A stretch of 64,000 nucleotides of DNA from NCBI RefSeq assembly GCF_964204645.1, contig NC_134033.1:11416655-11480654 (forward strand), written 5' to 3'. Both the position numbers and the translations under genes were made by a program. Source of the stretch: Tubulanus polymorphus (taxonomy: Eukaryota; Animalia; Nemertea). Below the pieces are notes generated by a model. It ran no database searches and was not told the DNA's origin. It saw only the letters and a program-made list of their open reading frames with translations. Of this stretch, positions 24,156-38,124 are shown in pieces (the first letter of the stretch is position 1; every line of letters starts with the position of its first letter).

Positions 24156-26415
24156 ACTTCGAAGTATAGAAAAGTAATGATTGATTTTTAACTTCACACT
24201 TGTACAAACTGGTCTAGTCAGAAATGTACTTCACGAAATTTACCAGATCTAATTTTACAGTCTACTTGTTGGTAGCGGTAGAACAGTGTATGAATTATTC
24301 AACAAAATGGAAGTTAGGATAATTAGGGTTCTGTTGTCTTAGAAGGAACTACCTACGTTTGAATATTTCAATAAAATCTCATCCAAATACTTCATATTGA
24401 TTGGGTGAACTATTTTCGAGAGGACTAATGAATTTGTAAACAGCCATTCTGTTTTGTAATCTGATTTTAGTTCCTTCCTAGTCACATAAAATCTTTAGGT
24501 TGGTGACGCTGTTTAAATGATCGTGTCCACTGCCTAGTTTCGACTCATAGGTCGGTTGAGTTAGTTAATTGTCCTAGTAACGTCCCATGGTTGGGCTGTT
24601 TTTGAAATAGAACCCAAATGTTAGAAGAACGTATACTTCTTTGAGCACTCGCCTGGCATTTTGTATTGATTGTTTTAGGGGTAATCTGGAGAATAAAATC
24701 TGATTGATACAATCTACACGAATGTAAAACAGTTATAAACTTAAAATCATCGATATCATTGTTGATTTTTGTTGATAGTATAATTATTTTGATGCGTTTC
24801 AAAGCTGGGAGAAAAAACGTCAGAATACTTATTTCAAGCGAATTTATTATGTTTGAAAATCTTTAAGTTAAGATGAGGCAAAGTTTGCAAAATTATATTT
24901 TTCTAATAAAAATAATGTCAATAATTATGAAATTAAAGATGGATTTGTTAATCTTAAGCTTTTTAGAGTGAATTCGTAGTTTTATCTCTCAGATTAATGC
25001 TTTTATGTTGAACTGTTTTTGCAATACAGTTCACGTGTTTGTTCATGAGGAACTTATATGATAAAATTCTTGAGTATAATACCTGTCATTTAGCAGCTAT
25101 AATAGTTGTCACAAGAATAAACGACATACATGTTCATCATCATGTTATTAATCTTCAATTGTTATTAGTTTAGTTCAGGCCTATGGCAACTTTTCACCGT
25201 TGTATAGAATTCAGTGGTTCATGTGATTTTTTTGTAATACAGTCATCGTGGTTGAGGAACTTACATTATAATTCCTCAAGCACGTAATCTGGCATTTTCT
25301 ATAATTGTTGTATGAAAATAAATATGATTCATGATGAATATGATTACAACCTTTCAATTGTTTCATGAAGTTTTTAGCAACAATCAAAGGTTAATTCAAA
25401 TGAAGCCCTTTGGGCTTGGCCCTGCTTTGTTTATTTCATAGTTGTTTCTACCATAAGTTTTCTTTGAATAAATATAATTGACTTTTATCACTTGTGGTGA
25501 CTCTTTCTCATATTCGAGAAGTTTGAATTGGTCAATGTGGTCGATTTATGAATTTACAATGGTGAATCCTTGGTCTGACACTAAGCGCAGTATGTCGTTC
25601 TCATATGTTCTCATATTCGAGAAGTTTAAATTGGTCAGTGATGGTCAATTTATGAAAGTTTTAAAGAAATTTGTGGTTTGAATAGAACAGCGATCAGTGA
25701 TTGGCTGACTTGGCCATTTTGTGACACCCCGCGCGATTTAAAATGCTTGATATATTATGGGTGCTGACTAGCTTTATCTCCCGATAGCTGTCATCATAAA
25801 AGCAATTCTGTTGTTTTAGTAGCAATAAAAAGCGATAAAGATCTTGAAAGATCCCCGAAAAGTGGATGCATTACATATTTTAGGATCGTAGCTAGCTGCG
25901 CTGGCCCTCCGTTCACACACAGGCCCGAAACGTGTCGAGTCATTAACCTCATTCATTGTGTTACAATTCCTCACGGACACCGACACGACACACGATTTGC
26001 GTAGTTTACATACACACATACAGTCATTATGTTTGGTTTTATACTAATCAACACACAAAAAATAATTTGGCTCGGCAAAAAAATCCACATGTAATATAAT
26101 TATGTCTTCTACGTATATTAGGCCTACATGTATATGTCTCCTGCCAATTAAAATTGTTAGAACTTTTCATATGTTTTATATTCGATTCTTTATTGCACAA
26201 AACCAACAATGTAAAATAGGTCATGTCGGAGTAATATAGATATTTTGAATTGGATTGAATTGTAATATGTTGAGGAGTCCGAAATAACCGCTACCACTTA
26301 CAATCTAGTGTCAATCGAAAAAACTGCTGCAAAGGAACAAATAAGGGTGAAAAATATGATTTAACCGCCGTAAATTCACGATCAACGCCCGTTAACTGAA
26401 GCGCCTGGTCTCAAT

Positions 26416-29400
26416 ATGGCTGGCAACTTTTGGCAGAGTTCACATTTGTAAGTTTCAATCTTCGAAAAGAGGCGTCGATTAGAAAAACAGTAGTCTGTTT
26501 GGCCTCCGTTCACATCAATCACTCAACCATTAAACCCCTTAAATTTTCAATTATTTGTGGTTTCCATTTTCCCAGGGTTTCAGTTAATTGCACGAAATTC
26601 ACGATTTTCACTTGTAAAAGTTCCGTTCCTTAACATACATGATACATGAAAGAAATAGGTTTCCCTCTCTCTGTCTGCGTGCTGTTATATTTCATCTTCA
26701 TTCCTGAGTTCAAGTGAACTTAAGTGGAGTTAAATTATGTTTGAAGCGGACAGAGAGTAGAAAATAGTAACACAGTTTTGAGATTATTTTATGTAATAAC
26801 TTCATTTTCAAATTTGCCTCTGTCTTTCTAGTGGTACTGTAGAACTGGGTTCTGCACATGACGCTTACTTATAAAGTCTCTTTTCCAGCCAACAATGGAT
26901 ATTGGACAAACAAGATCTCGTCCGGGAACGCCAAGAAGATATCAAATCAGAAACGGACGGCGAAGAAAATTATCAGAAGATTATGATATTCTTCGCTAAT
27001 TGTAAGTTTATTCCAGCCCTTTTGATTGAGAATTCAACTCACTCAAGGTTCGAGGTTAATTGCTTGTGAGTAATAACAAAATTTAACTGAACAGAACTCC
27101 GACTAAACATTACCGCTACATGAAAAAGAGTGGATTAGGACAAGGGCTGCAGTCTTAGATGTTAAGACCCTATCCCTTTTGCCTTACAAATGTTCTTAAA
27201 AGTGATTACATTTGTATCAGTCTTATACTATCGTGAACCCTGCATTGAGACAGGAAAAAAAGAAAAGTACATTGCATTAAGTCAACGTCATAGAAAAAGT
27301 CTAAAAGTAGAGTTGAAATACTTGTAACAATCTGACGCTTTGTTTAGTTATTCAAGCTTTGGGCGAACAACTGAAAGTGCGTCAGCAAGTAATTGCCACG
27401 GCGACGTGCTACTTCAAACGATTCTATGCAAGGAACTCATTGAAATGTATTGATCCAGTTTTAATGGCTCCGACGACGATATTCTTAGCTTCCAAAGTCG
27501 AGGTGAGTAGTACTGTACCTCCTCCTATGAACTAATGACAATAACTGTGAAATCCTCACCTGGACTTTTCTTCAGTTCGACCCTATTTTCCAAAAACCTC
27601 TACAGATGTTTGCAATTTTGAATATTTGTGTTCAAAAATCCAACAGTGCCATTTCTGCGGTCGGTTAAGGGTTTCAATTCGACAGTTGATCGAGTCCTGG
27701 GTTCTACCCCTTCACAAATCTGGGTCCAGTTGTTGAACAGTTGTGACTGAAGTCAAAAAATGGTCTTGAATCTTAAGACTTGTCTGATTGTTAGTTTGGC
27801 TATAGAACTGAAATGGTCTTTGACAGGTCTTAGATCTAAGTTATGACTGTTTAACTGTCCTTGACTATGATCCACCCTGGATCTTGTTCCGCAGACTTCG
27901 TGAAATAGAATTAGTTCATTTTCAATCAGTTAATTCCGAGTCAAATCTAAATGGAACTCAGTCCCGGGTAGGAAAATTACCCGATATTTTTATGCGAGTG
28001 AATTTGAAATTTTGTTTGAATGTTGTTTTTCAGGAGTTTGGCGTGATATCTAACAATCGATTGATATCTGCTTGCGTCACTGTTGGTAAGCATTTGAAAA
28101 ATTGAATCAAGAGAAAAATTTGACGTTTAACTTATCATGGGCCTGGGTGGTTTGTTCAAAATCCTGATTGAGTGATGTCTATTACTACTGTGCAAAAAAC
28201 TCCTTTAATACGTTTCAAATTTTCCGCGTTACGATTGAAATATTTGTTGTGTTGTTGTATTTCAGTGAAGAATAAATTCCTCCACGCATTTCAACAAGAA
28301 TTCCAGTATCGTATTAGTCATGTGCTCGAATGTGAATTTTATCTACTCGAAATGATGGTTAGTAAGCGAAACTTGCTTTAAATTATGTTGTCTGGTTGAG
28401 GTCTATAGGGTTTATTCGCTAAACCGAGTCTATTCAAGTTGCTTAGAGCTTTAATCTTTCATTTCGATTCGATTCTAGGATTGCAGCCTGATTATATACC
28501 ATCCATATAGACCTTTATTGCAATATATATCCGACCTCGGTAATGAAGAAGTGCTCCTTCAACTTGCATGGTTTGTATTTCTCGGATAAACTGTCGATAA
28601 TTGTTTTCTTGTGAATAAGAATCATGTCAAAAGGCATTTCTCTAGCTACAAACTTTTATTTCTTTTACAGGCGTATTATCAATGATAGTCTCAGGACTGA
28701 TGTTTCCCTCATGTACCCACCATTCCTTATAGCTTTAGGTAAATATTCATTCTGTTTGAACTTTGAAGGTCATAAACCACCAAGGCCTCTCTTGGTACCT
28801 TATCAATAATTAACTCCTACAATTGCTGAATGGTTGTTTTAACGCAGGAATTTTATGCCATTAGTTTTGTGAAATTTGGCCCTGGACCTAGTTCCATACA
28901 TGTATTTGAAAGAAAATGTACCAATTTCAACTTGAAGTAAACTCAAGCCCACAACCGTGGAACTGGATCCCCTGCTTATTAGGCTGTTTTTGGCCAAATG
29001 CTTCTTGCAACCAAGATTGACTAGGGTTGTTACGTAGCTGAAGGCCACCATCTATTCTTGTTTTAAACTTTCCTCACAGTGACTTTACAAAGTCATCATG
29101 AATTTTGTCGAAATGAACATGAACGTGTATTGATCATCTTACAGCGTGTTTGTACATGGCATGTGTGATACAAAACAAGGACCACAAAAACTGGTTCGCC
29201 GAATTAAGCGTCGACTTAGACAAGGTATGATATTAGCTGGTATTTGAAAGCAACAAAATGTTCAAGGTCCTAGCCAAGCCCGTATCTAGGGAGGCTTTTG
29301 TAGCTTCGAACGAATGTGTCTCTTTTTCGATATCATTCCTGCTCAGAAAAAAATCAGGGAAAGTTCGAGGAATTTGGAATTTTTTTAAATTTGAGATACC

Positions 29401-30327
29401 GACCGATTTGTTATTTTTTCAGGTGCTCGAGATTACCAAATACATACTTCAGTTGTATGATCTGTGGAAAAGTTACGACGAAAAGAAAGAAATAGCCAGT
29501 CTTCTGTCAAAAATCACGAAACCTCGGTGAGCATTCCGTCATTTATCCCTCTTACGTACAACTTTCCTATTGAATATTGAATATATGGAAAGTACTGTAC
29601 TGATATACGGATAACTTGCGCTTTCCTACTTTTGATGCGATTACTGGACACTAATTGTTTTAAAACGATGCACATGGAGGGATCAAATTACCAGCGTCAT
29701 GAACTTAATATTATGTAGTAGTAGTAGTAGTAGTGGCAGTAGTTTATTCTTTAACAATGTGTGTACTACACTTGTATGACAGATAATCAAAATAACAAAT
29801 CTTAACAAAATAATTTAATACAAAATTACATGTTGAAAAAACAGGAATATCAAGTTGATGGGGTAGCTATATTTACTCGGTTTCGTCGCCTCGAAGCATT
29901 CTCCGTCTTCTGAACATTGAAATCAAATATCTTCCAATTATGCAGGCACAACTAATCTACTGCCACAAGCCCTTCAAACATCACCTGTCTTTTCTTTATT
30001 AGTCCAGACCTCACATACGGTTCTTATCCTCACTTTTGATTGAAATTGATCTATAAACCAGTAGTTATTGGTACACGTTCTTAAAATTCATCTCATACTA
30101 TAATGGTGAATATCTGAGGTGTTGGTTTCAAGCTTTAGTTTTAGAGTACAGAAGAAACGGCTTCAATACCGTGGCCAAGATGTCCTTAAATAAATAACAG
30201 GGTCGATCCCTATTTTAAGATCAAAAAGAAAATAAGACAAAATTGTATTTTTCATGTAACTAATGTTTTTTTTTTCAGGCCGGCTCCAGAAACTCAACAA
30301 ACGCAGAACCAACAACCGGTGCAATGA
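26416..30327 (+). CDS. CCNC: Cyclin C, about 278 aa
   Basis: Exons 26416-26447, 26889-27001, 27348-27502, 28034-28085, 28266-28357, 28479-28570, 28671-28738, 29145-29224, 29423-29526, 30279-30327 (837 nt). Motifs MAGNFWQSSH, IQALGEQLKVRQQVIATA, FLASKVEEFGVISN, LECEFYLLEMMDC, YHPYRPLLQY, RIINDSLRTD. Confidence 0.96.
29716..30230 (-). mobile_element. Possible decayed non-LTR retrotransposon 3' end in the last CCNC intron
   Basis: (TAG)n tract adjoining TTTATT, which reads as minus-strand AATAAA plus a repeat tail. The far boundary is uncertain. Confidence 0.3.
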
Positions 30328-30725
30328 TACATCATCTACCTCGCGCGCCGTCGAACCAAATAGATAAAAAAGACGACTTTTTTGTGAATTCCACTAAATT
30401 GTTGCTCAAAATACGATATACCGAATGCATGCATCAGCTTTAGTGGTCAGAGTCTCTGATAGATTGTAGTGACAGTTGAATAAGAAATGAAATGAAAGTA
30501 GGCCCTATGTCTACTCTATACGAGAGCTATTCGCTTAATTCATAGAATATTCACGAACTAAAGTACGTAAGAATTTAAATCTAAAACCTTAAACCTAGAA
30601 CCCAAATTGAACCCAATGGACGTACACATGTGCCCAATTATTCTGGAGATAGGGTTTTTTTACTGCAGCTATGAATCTGCAGTCCGTACAAACACTGTGA
30701 CATTCGATACTTCGCCATTCTTACA

Positions 30726-31985
30726 TTTTTAGCCCACTTGGGACTTTAGTCCCAGCGGGCTTTTGCGTTCACTTGTCGTCCGTCCGTTCGTCCGTCCGTC
30801 GGTAGACGGAATCCAGTTATTTTGGGAAGTTTTGAAGACGCTTCAAGGTAATGTCTTGATATTTGGGTTACACATGTATCCACCCTAGACACATCTTCAG
30901 CCCAAAAACTGGCCCTGTCAGATTCAAGATGGCCGACTGGCAGCCATTGTTGTTCGCCAAAATCAGCACTTTTTACACATTTTTGAACTTTTTGAGGGAA
31001 ATTTTGAAGACCCTTTGATCAATTACCTTGATCTTTTGGATATATGTGAATTCCCCCAGGGCCCATCAGCATAACAAAAATTGGGTCGATCGGACTCAAG
31101 ATGGCCGTCCTATGACCTTTTCAGTGCCCAAAAATGTTAATTTTGGCCCAAATTAGCTTCCTACTGGTTTATCATTTCTCATTGCAATTTGTGATGGGTA
31201 TTCTTTGGAAAGGGATGTTTTATACCTGAGACAGGTATTTTTCATCAGCCAATTATGACGCAATTGGCGGCCATCTTGGTGTCAGCAGTACTCATTTGTA
31301 AGTGGGAAAAAGTTTTTCCACATTATATTGATACCTAAGCGTATTTTGTTACCACAATCATTTAGAAACTTGTAGCTCATAACGTGTTCTATGATTGTGG
31401 TGAGTTTCAAGGTCATTGGTTTTTGTATATGGCCACCAGGGGGCGTTGAATAATGCAATATCTTAGTATTTCTATATTATATTCGTATCAATGCATATTT
31501 TGTAACCACAATCAATTGCAAAGTTGTAGCTCATGACATCATCTATGATTGTGGCAAGTTTTAAGGCCATTAGTTATTCTATATGGTCACCAGGGGGCGT
31601 TGAATAGTAGAATAACTTAGTATTTCCTTATTATATTGGTACCTAGGCATATTTTGTTACCATGATCAATTACAAAGTTATAGTTCGTGACATGTTCTAT
31701 GATTGTGGTGAGTTTCAAGGTCATTGGGTTTTGAATATTGTCACCAGGGGGCGTTGAATAGTAGAATAACTTAGTATTTCCATATTAAAGTGGTAACGAG
31801 GCATATTTTGTTATCACAATCAATTACAAAATCGTAGCTGCTGACATGTTCTATGATTGTGGTGAGTTTCAAGGTCATTGGATTCTGTATATGGTCACCA
31901 GGGGGCGTTGAATATTGAAATTGTTAGATTGTTGAGCATTTGGAACCACTTCCCAAGTGGGCATGGTGTCCCTGGACCCCTAGTT
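30726..31985 (+). mobile_element. Helentron-associated (HINE/DINE-1-like) element with a central satellite array of about 4 x 154 bp
   Basis: TTTTAGCCCACTTGGGA start. Sub-terminal inverted copy TCCCAAGTGGGC at about 31951-31962. (GTCC)n microsatellite near the 5' end. 3' GTCC-CT-GGAC hairpin followed by a T run. TCTATGATTGTGG recurs about every 154 bp (near 31388, 31542, 31696, 31850). Confidence 0.8.
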
Positions 31986-34824
31986 TTTCACCTGAGACAC
32001 TTTTTCCTACGAAAGCTCATCCTCCCTCGGCAGGAATTCGGACCTGATGGCATCGCTTCACTCGGCCACGGCACGAACCCCTGCCACAGTAGACTGGGTG
32101 TGCAAGTACATGCGTAGCTTTGCCGCACGAAAACTTACGGCACCAATCATATTGCTGATTTTATAATCACTGTGGTAAATTTCACGGAAGAACTATAAAT
32201 GGGAAAACCCGGGCTAAAATAAAACGGGATATCTGATTGGCTAATAATGACATCATCTAAGCTGCGCATGTAGCTGCGCCCTCGGTCTATTGTGGCAGGG
32301 TTTCGTACCGCTGCGATTCTCGATGCCATCAGGTTTCGAATCTCTGCCAGGGGAGAATGCAAAATCTAGACAAACAGTTAGTTATTTTATTGAAAAAAAG
32401 CCATGCAATGGAAATCCAGACTGCAGATTTATGCCTGATTTAAGTCTGACTGACTCAAGCGTAGTAGACATTGCTGTGATAATAGTTACATACCTGCCAA
32501 CAAGTATTGAGTTGATGTGTGTGATGAAGATTATGTATTATTATCAAGCTTCTATTGAATGTGGATGTCATACAGTAGACTGTGTCTAACGCAGTGGCCG
32601 TCTATTCCGAATTCAGACAAATTCCGAAGATCTATACGAGTATTTGTCTATGCTGCATGTCCCGGCATTAACAGCTATAGATGGAGTCTACTGAACACAT
32701 ATTTTTTATACGTCTGTAGGGATTGAATGTTTTAGGATGCTTTTGTGTTTGATTCTTGCAAGAGTAACGAACGTGGAATATTTTACTACTGTTCAAGTTG
32801 GTTATAAGCACGCCACCATTCGTACCAAGAAAAAAATTAAATGTTTCTTATAACAGACTAATTTGAAATATTGATGGAATAAATGGGTTTAAAATGTCTC
32901 AATCAGGATAAATGGAAAGTTCTTGTCTTGAATGGTTTGCTAAAAGATTTTGAAATATTTAAGAGCAATCTATTGTGATTCATAAAAGAATTCAGATCAA
33001 ACATCCGACTTGCACCGCACAATACAGTAGTTGGTACGTGTGTTCATATCCTGCGTGTGTATTTTCTGGTGTCAACGTGCTCGATGTCCTTCGACCTGAT
33101 TCATTGATGTTTCTTAATTTATACTGATTATGTATCAAAAATATAGGAGGTGAATGTAAAACATTGTGTATACTTGTAAATATTGTACATCTATTCTAAA
33201 CCAATAAAAAAAACTTAAACTCAATTTATTCAGTGAATAGCTTTTATCTATTTCTTCTTGATGTATCGGAATGAACCCTGAATATCCGTTTAAGATGGAA
33301 GATAGTGGCTGTACCAGGGTTCGATCTATGCATAAAAGCCACTTATACTAAGCATATCTGAAATTTCGCTTGCCCCCTGAAAAATCTACTTGCCAGTCCG
33401 ATTGGTGGCACATTCATCCGTTGTATCGAGTGGGAAAAAAGCTTTGAGACATAAAATTGCACTATCGTTTACATTGTTTAACAAGTTTCACAAAAACGAT
33501 ATAAAAACCCCGATCATGGGCCGATAATGATAATCTATCTGTGTATATGGCATAGATGTACATGTGAAATGATCATAGAAAAGGTCAAGATAATGAAATT
33601 GATCAAGACACGAGCTGACACAACAATTGAAATCATCTCTAGCCCCTCAAAGAACTAGACAGTTATCATTTCTATATGGTACTTAAATGCTGGAGGGTAA
33701 GTAAGTAAAATTGCAGCAGAGATCCCTCCCTGTAACGATAATATTCATAACCGCATGTTATTATCATATCGGGCTAGTTGTTTACGTTTACTGTAAGATT
33801 TAGTCCCAGTGTGTCATTCGAATTGGAAACTGAGACCAGTTTCAGCCAAACGATCGGCGTGAATTTTATCAACATTTTCGCATTGCTCGACTGCAAAAAA
33901 GTTTTTCCAGTCTCAGATTTTTCCTCTACGAATTAACGGGGTTATTTGATTAACCTGGTAATCTGTTAGGCGAAAATTAGTCATCGGATTGCCTTTCATT
34001 CTTTCAAAACTCGTCTGTTTTATAATATCTTATCGGTGGACAGAGTTCCAGTCTCCGAGGTGGATATAACGAAAAGACCAATGTAGGTCCTTTCTACTGA
34101 CTGACAAATACTTAGACAGATGATGGAATAGCTGCCAAAACTAGGAAGAGACAAACTTCTAACAGAGACAAAATTTATTTTTCGCAAACTTTTCTGGATT
34201 TTCGAACATAAATCCACCCAAACTGGTTTGGTAGTACGACAAAACCGGTTTTATTGGGAACATTTTGATACTTGTTTCACTTCCGTATTCAACGTATTAA
34301 TAAACGGCATTATTCAACGATTCCGATAGAACCAAACTAATGCAATAAATATCGTAAAAGCAGCGTTAGTCTATACATTGACAGAGCTGACTTAAAAAAT
34401 ATAATCCGAATTTCATATGTCGCTATTATCAAATTAAAATTCAGTGAAATTATCGTTAGCGCTACCACACGCTTACGATACACATGTGCGCGTGCTCTAC
34501 AATGTTAACTGTTAGTATTGCAATAGTTATGAAGTAGGTCAGCCTAGTGGTTTTTGACCACATGATCGACGCCGCCCCGGCTTTTTAGATACGAATTTGA
34601 ACGTTCGTACGGCATAAGATATGTATGTACCGGTACTCATCGTTTATAAAAGGAATGGAGTAAAAATTTCGTATTCCCGTCGCGCGTAACAAATAGTCAC
34701 TAGCAACCAGAAATAATAACCGGTCGCAGAACAACTGATCATTCGTATGTGACAATTCCGTTTGACATTCGTTACATTCAGTCATTTTTATGATAACAAT
34801 TTAATCTTCAACAGTAAAAAAAAT

Positions 34825-37800
34825 ATGGCTTCGACCGAAAAGCAGGATGATAAATTTGAGGAAGAATTTAAAGAGCCAGGTAGAATTGAAGGATGTTGTT
34901 TAGTGGTGGCAGCGGCAGGGATTGTGATGCTAATCGGTGGAATGCAAAATACTACGGGGATTCTAGTAGTGGAATGGGTGGAATACTTCAATACTGGATA
35001 TACGATAGTTTCGTGGATAGGAGCAAGCGGTGGATTAACTCTGACATTTGGTAATACATTTTTGATAGCCGTGATGCGCAATTAGCTCAATTTCATGAAA
35101 GATTTTATAAGCTTAAAGTTCGAACTGCTGTCCTAATTGAAAACATGAAGCTGAAACTAGCAAAGAAAAAAATTCGTGAGCCCAGACCCAGGAACAGCTT
35201 AGCTTAATATTTCATTCTTTGAATACGCATGAATGAATATCACATACAGTGAAAGTCTGTTATAAAGCTGTCGTCCATTTAAATACCACTGCTTTCTTAA
35301 CACCAACATTTTTCAGCGAACAAATCTGCTCAATCTCACTCAAATTCGATAAAAATACCATTCTTTATACCGCCGATTTCGTTATAACGACATGCTTTCC
35401 ATTGGTCCCAACACTGGCATTATAAAGGAATTTTACTGTACATGTGTATTATAAATTGTGAAATTGTCTTTCGTATTTGGTTATCGTGGTACGAAATTTT
35501 CATGTCCAAATTATAATTTCAGCTCCTATTGCCGGTGTAGTGATAAAGAGATTTGGATTAAGACGATGTTTAGTCAGTTCTGCTATCGTGAGCTGTTCGG
35601 CGATTTGTGGTTCGGCTTTTTCTACAAAGCTATGGCACATGTACATTCTATGGATGATCTCAGGTTATGACATTTTGTTCGACGAATATGAATGATTTTT
35701 GTTTAAGGTTTTATATCAACACATGGCGCACGTGTCTAATCTATTTTCAAATATAAGCCTATTATATGTAAGTCGCTTACACCTTGCAGTGATTATCTTG
35801 ACAAACTCGAAGCTTATGCGTAAAGCAGTTTCTATCTCATCAATAGGAAAAAACCTCGAACCTGCCAACAATGTCATGCATGGCGTTCATTGGGTTTGAG
35901 GGACGAAAATTCTGAATAATTAGCTTGGCTCAGTTTCGTAGATTTGAGGGCAGAGTAATCCAACTACCCATAACTTGAACAAACTGTTTAATGTAAAACG
36001 AAAGAAAACACTAATCAATTTGTGTAAATTCATTAGAGTCTGTACCCGTGTCTAGTGGAAAACCTCTCTCTGTAAACCGTATCCCCAACGACTCCAATGT
36101 CGATGCTGCAACCAAATTTAATCTATATATGATAACTCTGTACCGCATTTATTTTTGTATTTGAATGTATTTGTAATTGTACATTGCAAATTTTCTTTGT
36201 GAACGATAAATGAAATGATGATGATGAAGTAATTCCTGGGGACATTTTGAAATTACGTCAATTAATTGCGATAGATTCTTACTGTTACCGTTGTAGTTGT
36301 CGCACCCGGGTTGAAAATCTCCGAGTAACTCTGATACTCAGACTTTGAAACCGGACTCTCTTTTTCTTAAACGACACACATTCGATAATTTCTATTTTTC
36401 TTTCAGGGTTCGTAAGTATATTTCATTTCGGACCCGTTGTAGCCTACGTTCTGGTCAGATTTCGTCGATACAGATCAATAGCGAACGCTTTCGTCGTGTC
36501 AGCGGCAACATTGGGAACTTTCATCTACGGCGTCATAATGAACACGTTAATCGAAATTTATACTTGGCGAGGAGCGGTTCTCATAACTGGTGCCATGACT
36601 CTAAATGTGATTCCTTGCAGTTTAGTTCTTCGCAAATGGAACAGACCGCGTTGTAAAGAAGACGTACTTTTAGATAACAACGAGGAAGAAGTTCGCGATC
36701 GTGGTGATTCAGATAACACGCAAATGCATTTGGGAACTGATACGAATACGGAGACACCTACGGAGAGATGTTCAGGATGTAGTGGCTCAGACAGTGAAGT
36801 ATTGAAACAACCAGCTTTATTGGGACTAATTTTACCGGTGCTTTTCTTAAGTATGTCGGTGTCTATTTTATATGTGCATACAGTTTCCGGCTTCATGGAT
36901 GTATGCAAACTGGATTTAGAAAACGCCAGATATCTGGTGCCCTGTTTGGGAGCTAGTATCACCGTAAGTCGGTTTGTCGTATCTACTATCTCGCAACATC
37001 CCCGTGTTGATACATTCACTCTGTTCCTAATGGCAAATGTTTTACTAAGCGTTACGGTGGCGCTAATTCCTGTATTCGAAGGATTTACAGCCGCTGTGGT
37101 TTTAGTTGTAATAATTGGAGTTGGTTTGTCAGCATTTGGTGGAATCACTCATCTTGTTATTGCCGAGATTATAGATGATAAACATATTCATATGGCCGTA
37201 CAATACATGTTTTTACCGGCAGGAATTGGGTACATGATCGGTGCTCCAATAATCGGTAAGGCTACCCAAGTGAATTGGAACATGAACACCAATTACATGA
37301 TCCAGTATCGATATTTCCAATAAATGCACTTAATTTGAAAGTAAATTCTGTAAATTCAACCGATCATCTGGTAGTAAAAGTGCTTTTTCAATTTCAAGAC
37401 TGATCTTAATTTGGCTGTTATATCGTAGACCCGTCGCTACGACCTGATATCTAAAGCGGAAACTCGAAGTACATCAAATAATAACATAAAAACCCACTAT
37501 CTACAAATTAAAAGAATTTGAAAACAAGAATTTATTTATTCGAAAAATCTAAAATATATAGAATACACGACGTTTCGATCTCACCCTAGAGATCATCGTC
37601 AGGTGTGAGAAATAGACTAAAAACAGGGATATATATACAGAGGAGAACAGATTAATTGAGTAAAGTGAATGATTAAATAATAAGTGTTTGGCAAGGCATG
37701 AAGTAATGTACTTAGAAAGAAGGGAATTGTGCGGAGAAATGCCATTATTTGAATTGGTACTAATATCTGAGTGACGAGAATTAGGGCAGACTCAACTATG

Positions 37801-38124
37801 TGGCGTTTAGTGTAATTGCTGGAAGTACATCAATTCATATCATACTCGAAGTACATCAATTCACATGATACTTCATAATATGTATACTTTGCAATTAATG
37901 CGAATCCAATGATTTATCGATTTTCAGGTTGGTTGTATGACGCTACTGGGAACTACATCTATTCATTTGAATTAACTGCAGTTTTAGTCGCCTTCAGTGT
38001 GCTGACAATTCTGCCATTCTGGATCAAACATTTCCGTTCATTATCGAGTGAAAATTTATCGAAAGAAATCTGTCGTATCCGTCCAGCCCGAGGACACCCA
38101 GCGGATGATATCAAAATCACATAG
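34825..38124 (+). CDS. SLC16 family monocarboxylate transporter (MFS), about 470 aa
   Basis: Exons 34825-35050, 35523-35663, 36407-37255, 37928-38124 (1413 nt). Motifs GILVVEWVEYF, VSWIG, PIAGVVIKRFGLRR, RYRSIAN, YTWRGAVLITGAMTLN, IGAPIIGWLYDATGNY. Confidence 0.9.
35247..35438. mobile_element. Tc1/mariner-type MITE in SLC16 intron 1
   Basis: TA-CAGTGAAA...TTATAA and TTATAA...TTTTACTG-TA termini. Confidence 0.6.
37478..37821 (-). mobile_element. 5'-truncated Penelope-like element in SLC16 intron 3
   Basis: Minus strand encodes SNYTKRHIVESALI, a GIY-YIG C-terminal motif. It contains a hammerhead motif and is flanked by the direct repeat GAAGTACATCAA (37466-37477, 37822-37833). Confidence 0.75.
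37565..37606 (-). ncRNA. Minimal type I hammerhead ribozyme
   Basis: Minus strand reads ACAC-CUGACGA-UGAUCUC-UAGGGU-GAGAUC-GAAAC-GUC-GUGU. It has both conserved core boxes, stem I, stem II and a palindromic ACGU stem III. Confidence 0.8.

Noticed and set aside
35700-36230. Decayed LINE 3' end in SLC16 intron 2 (CxxC remnant, (ATG)n tail)
   Set aside because: Too degenerate to support without a repeat-library search.
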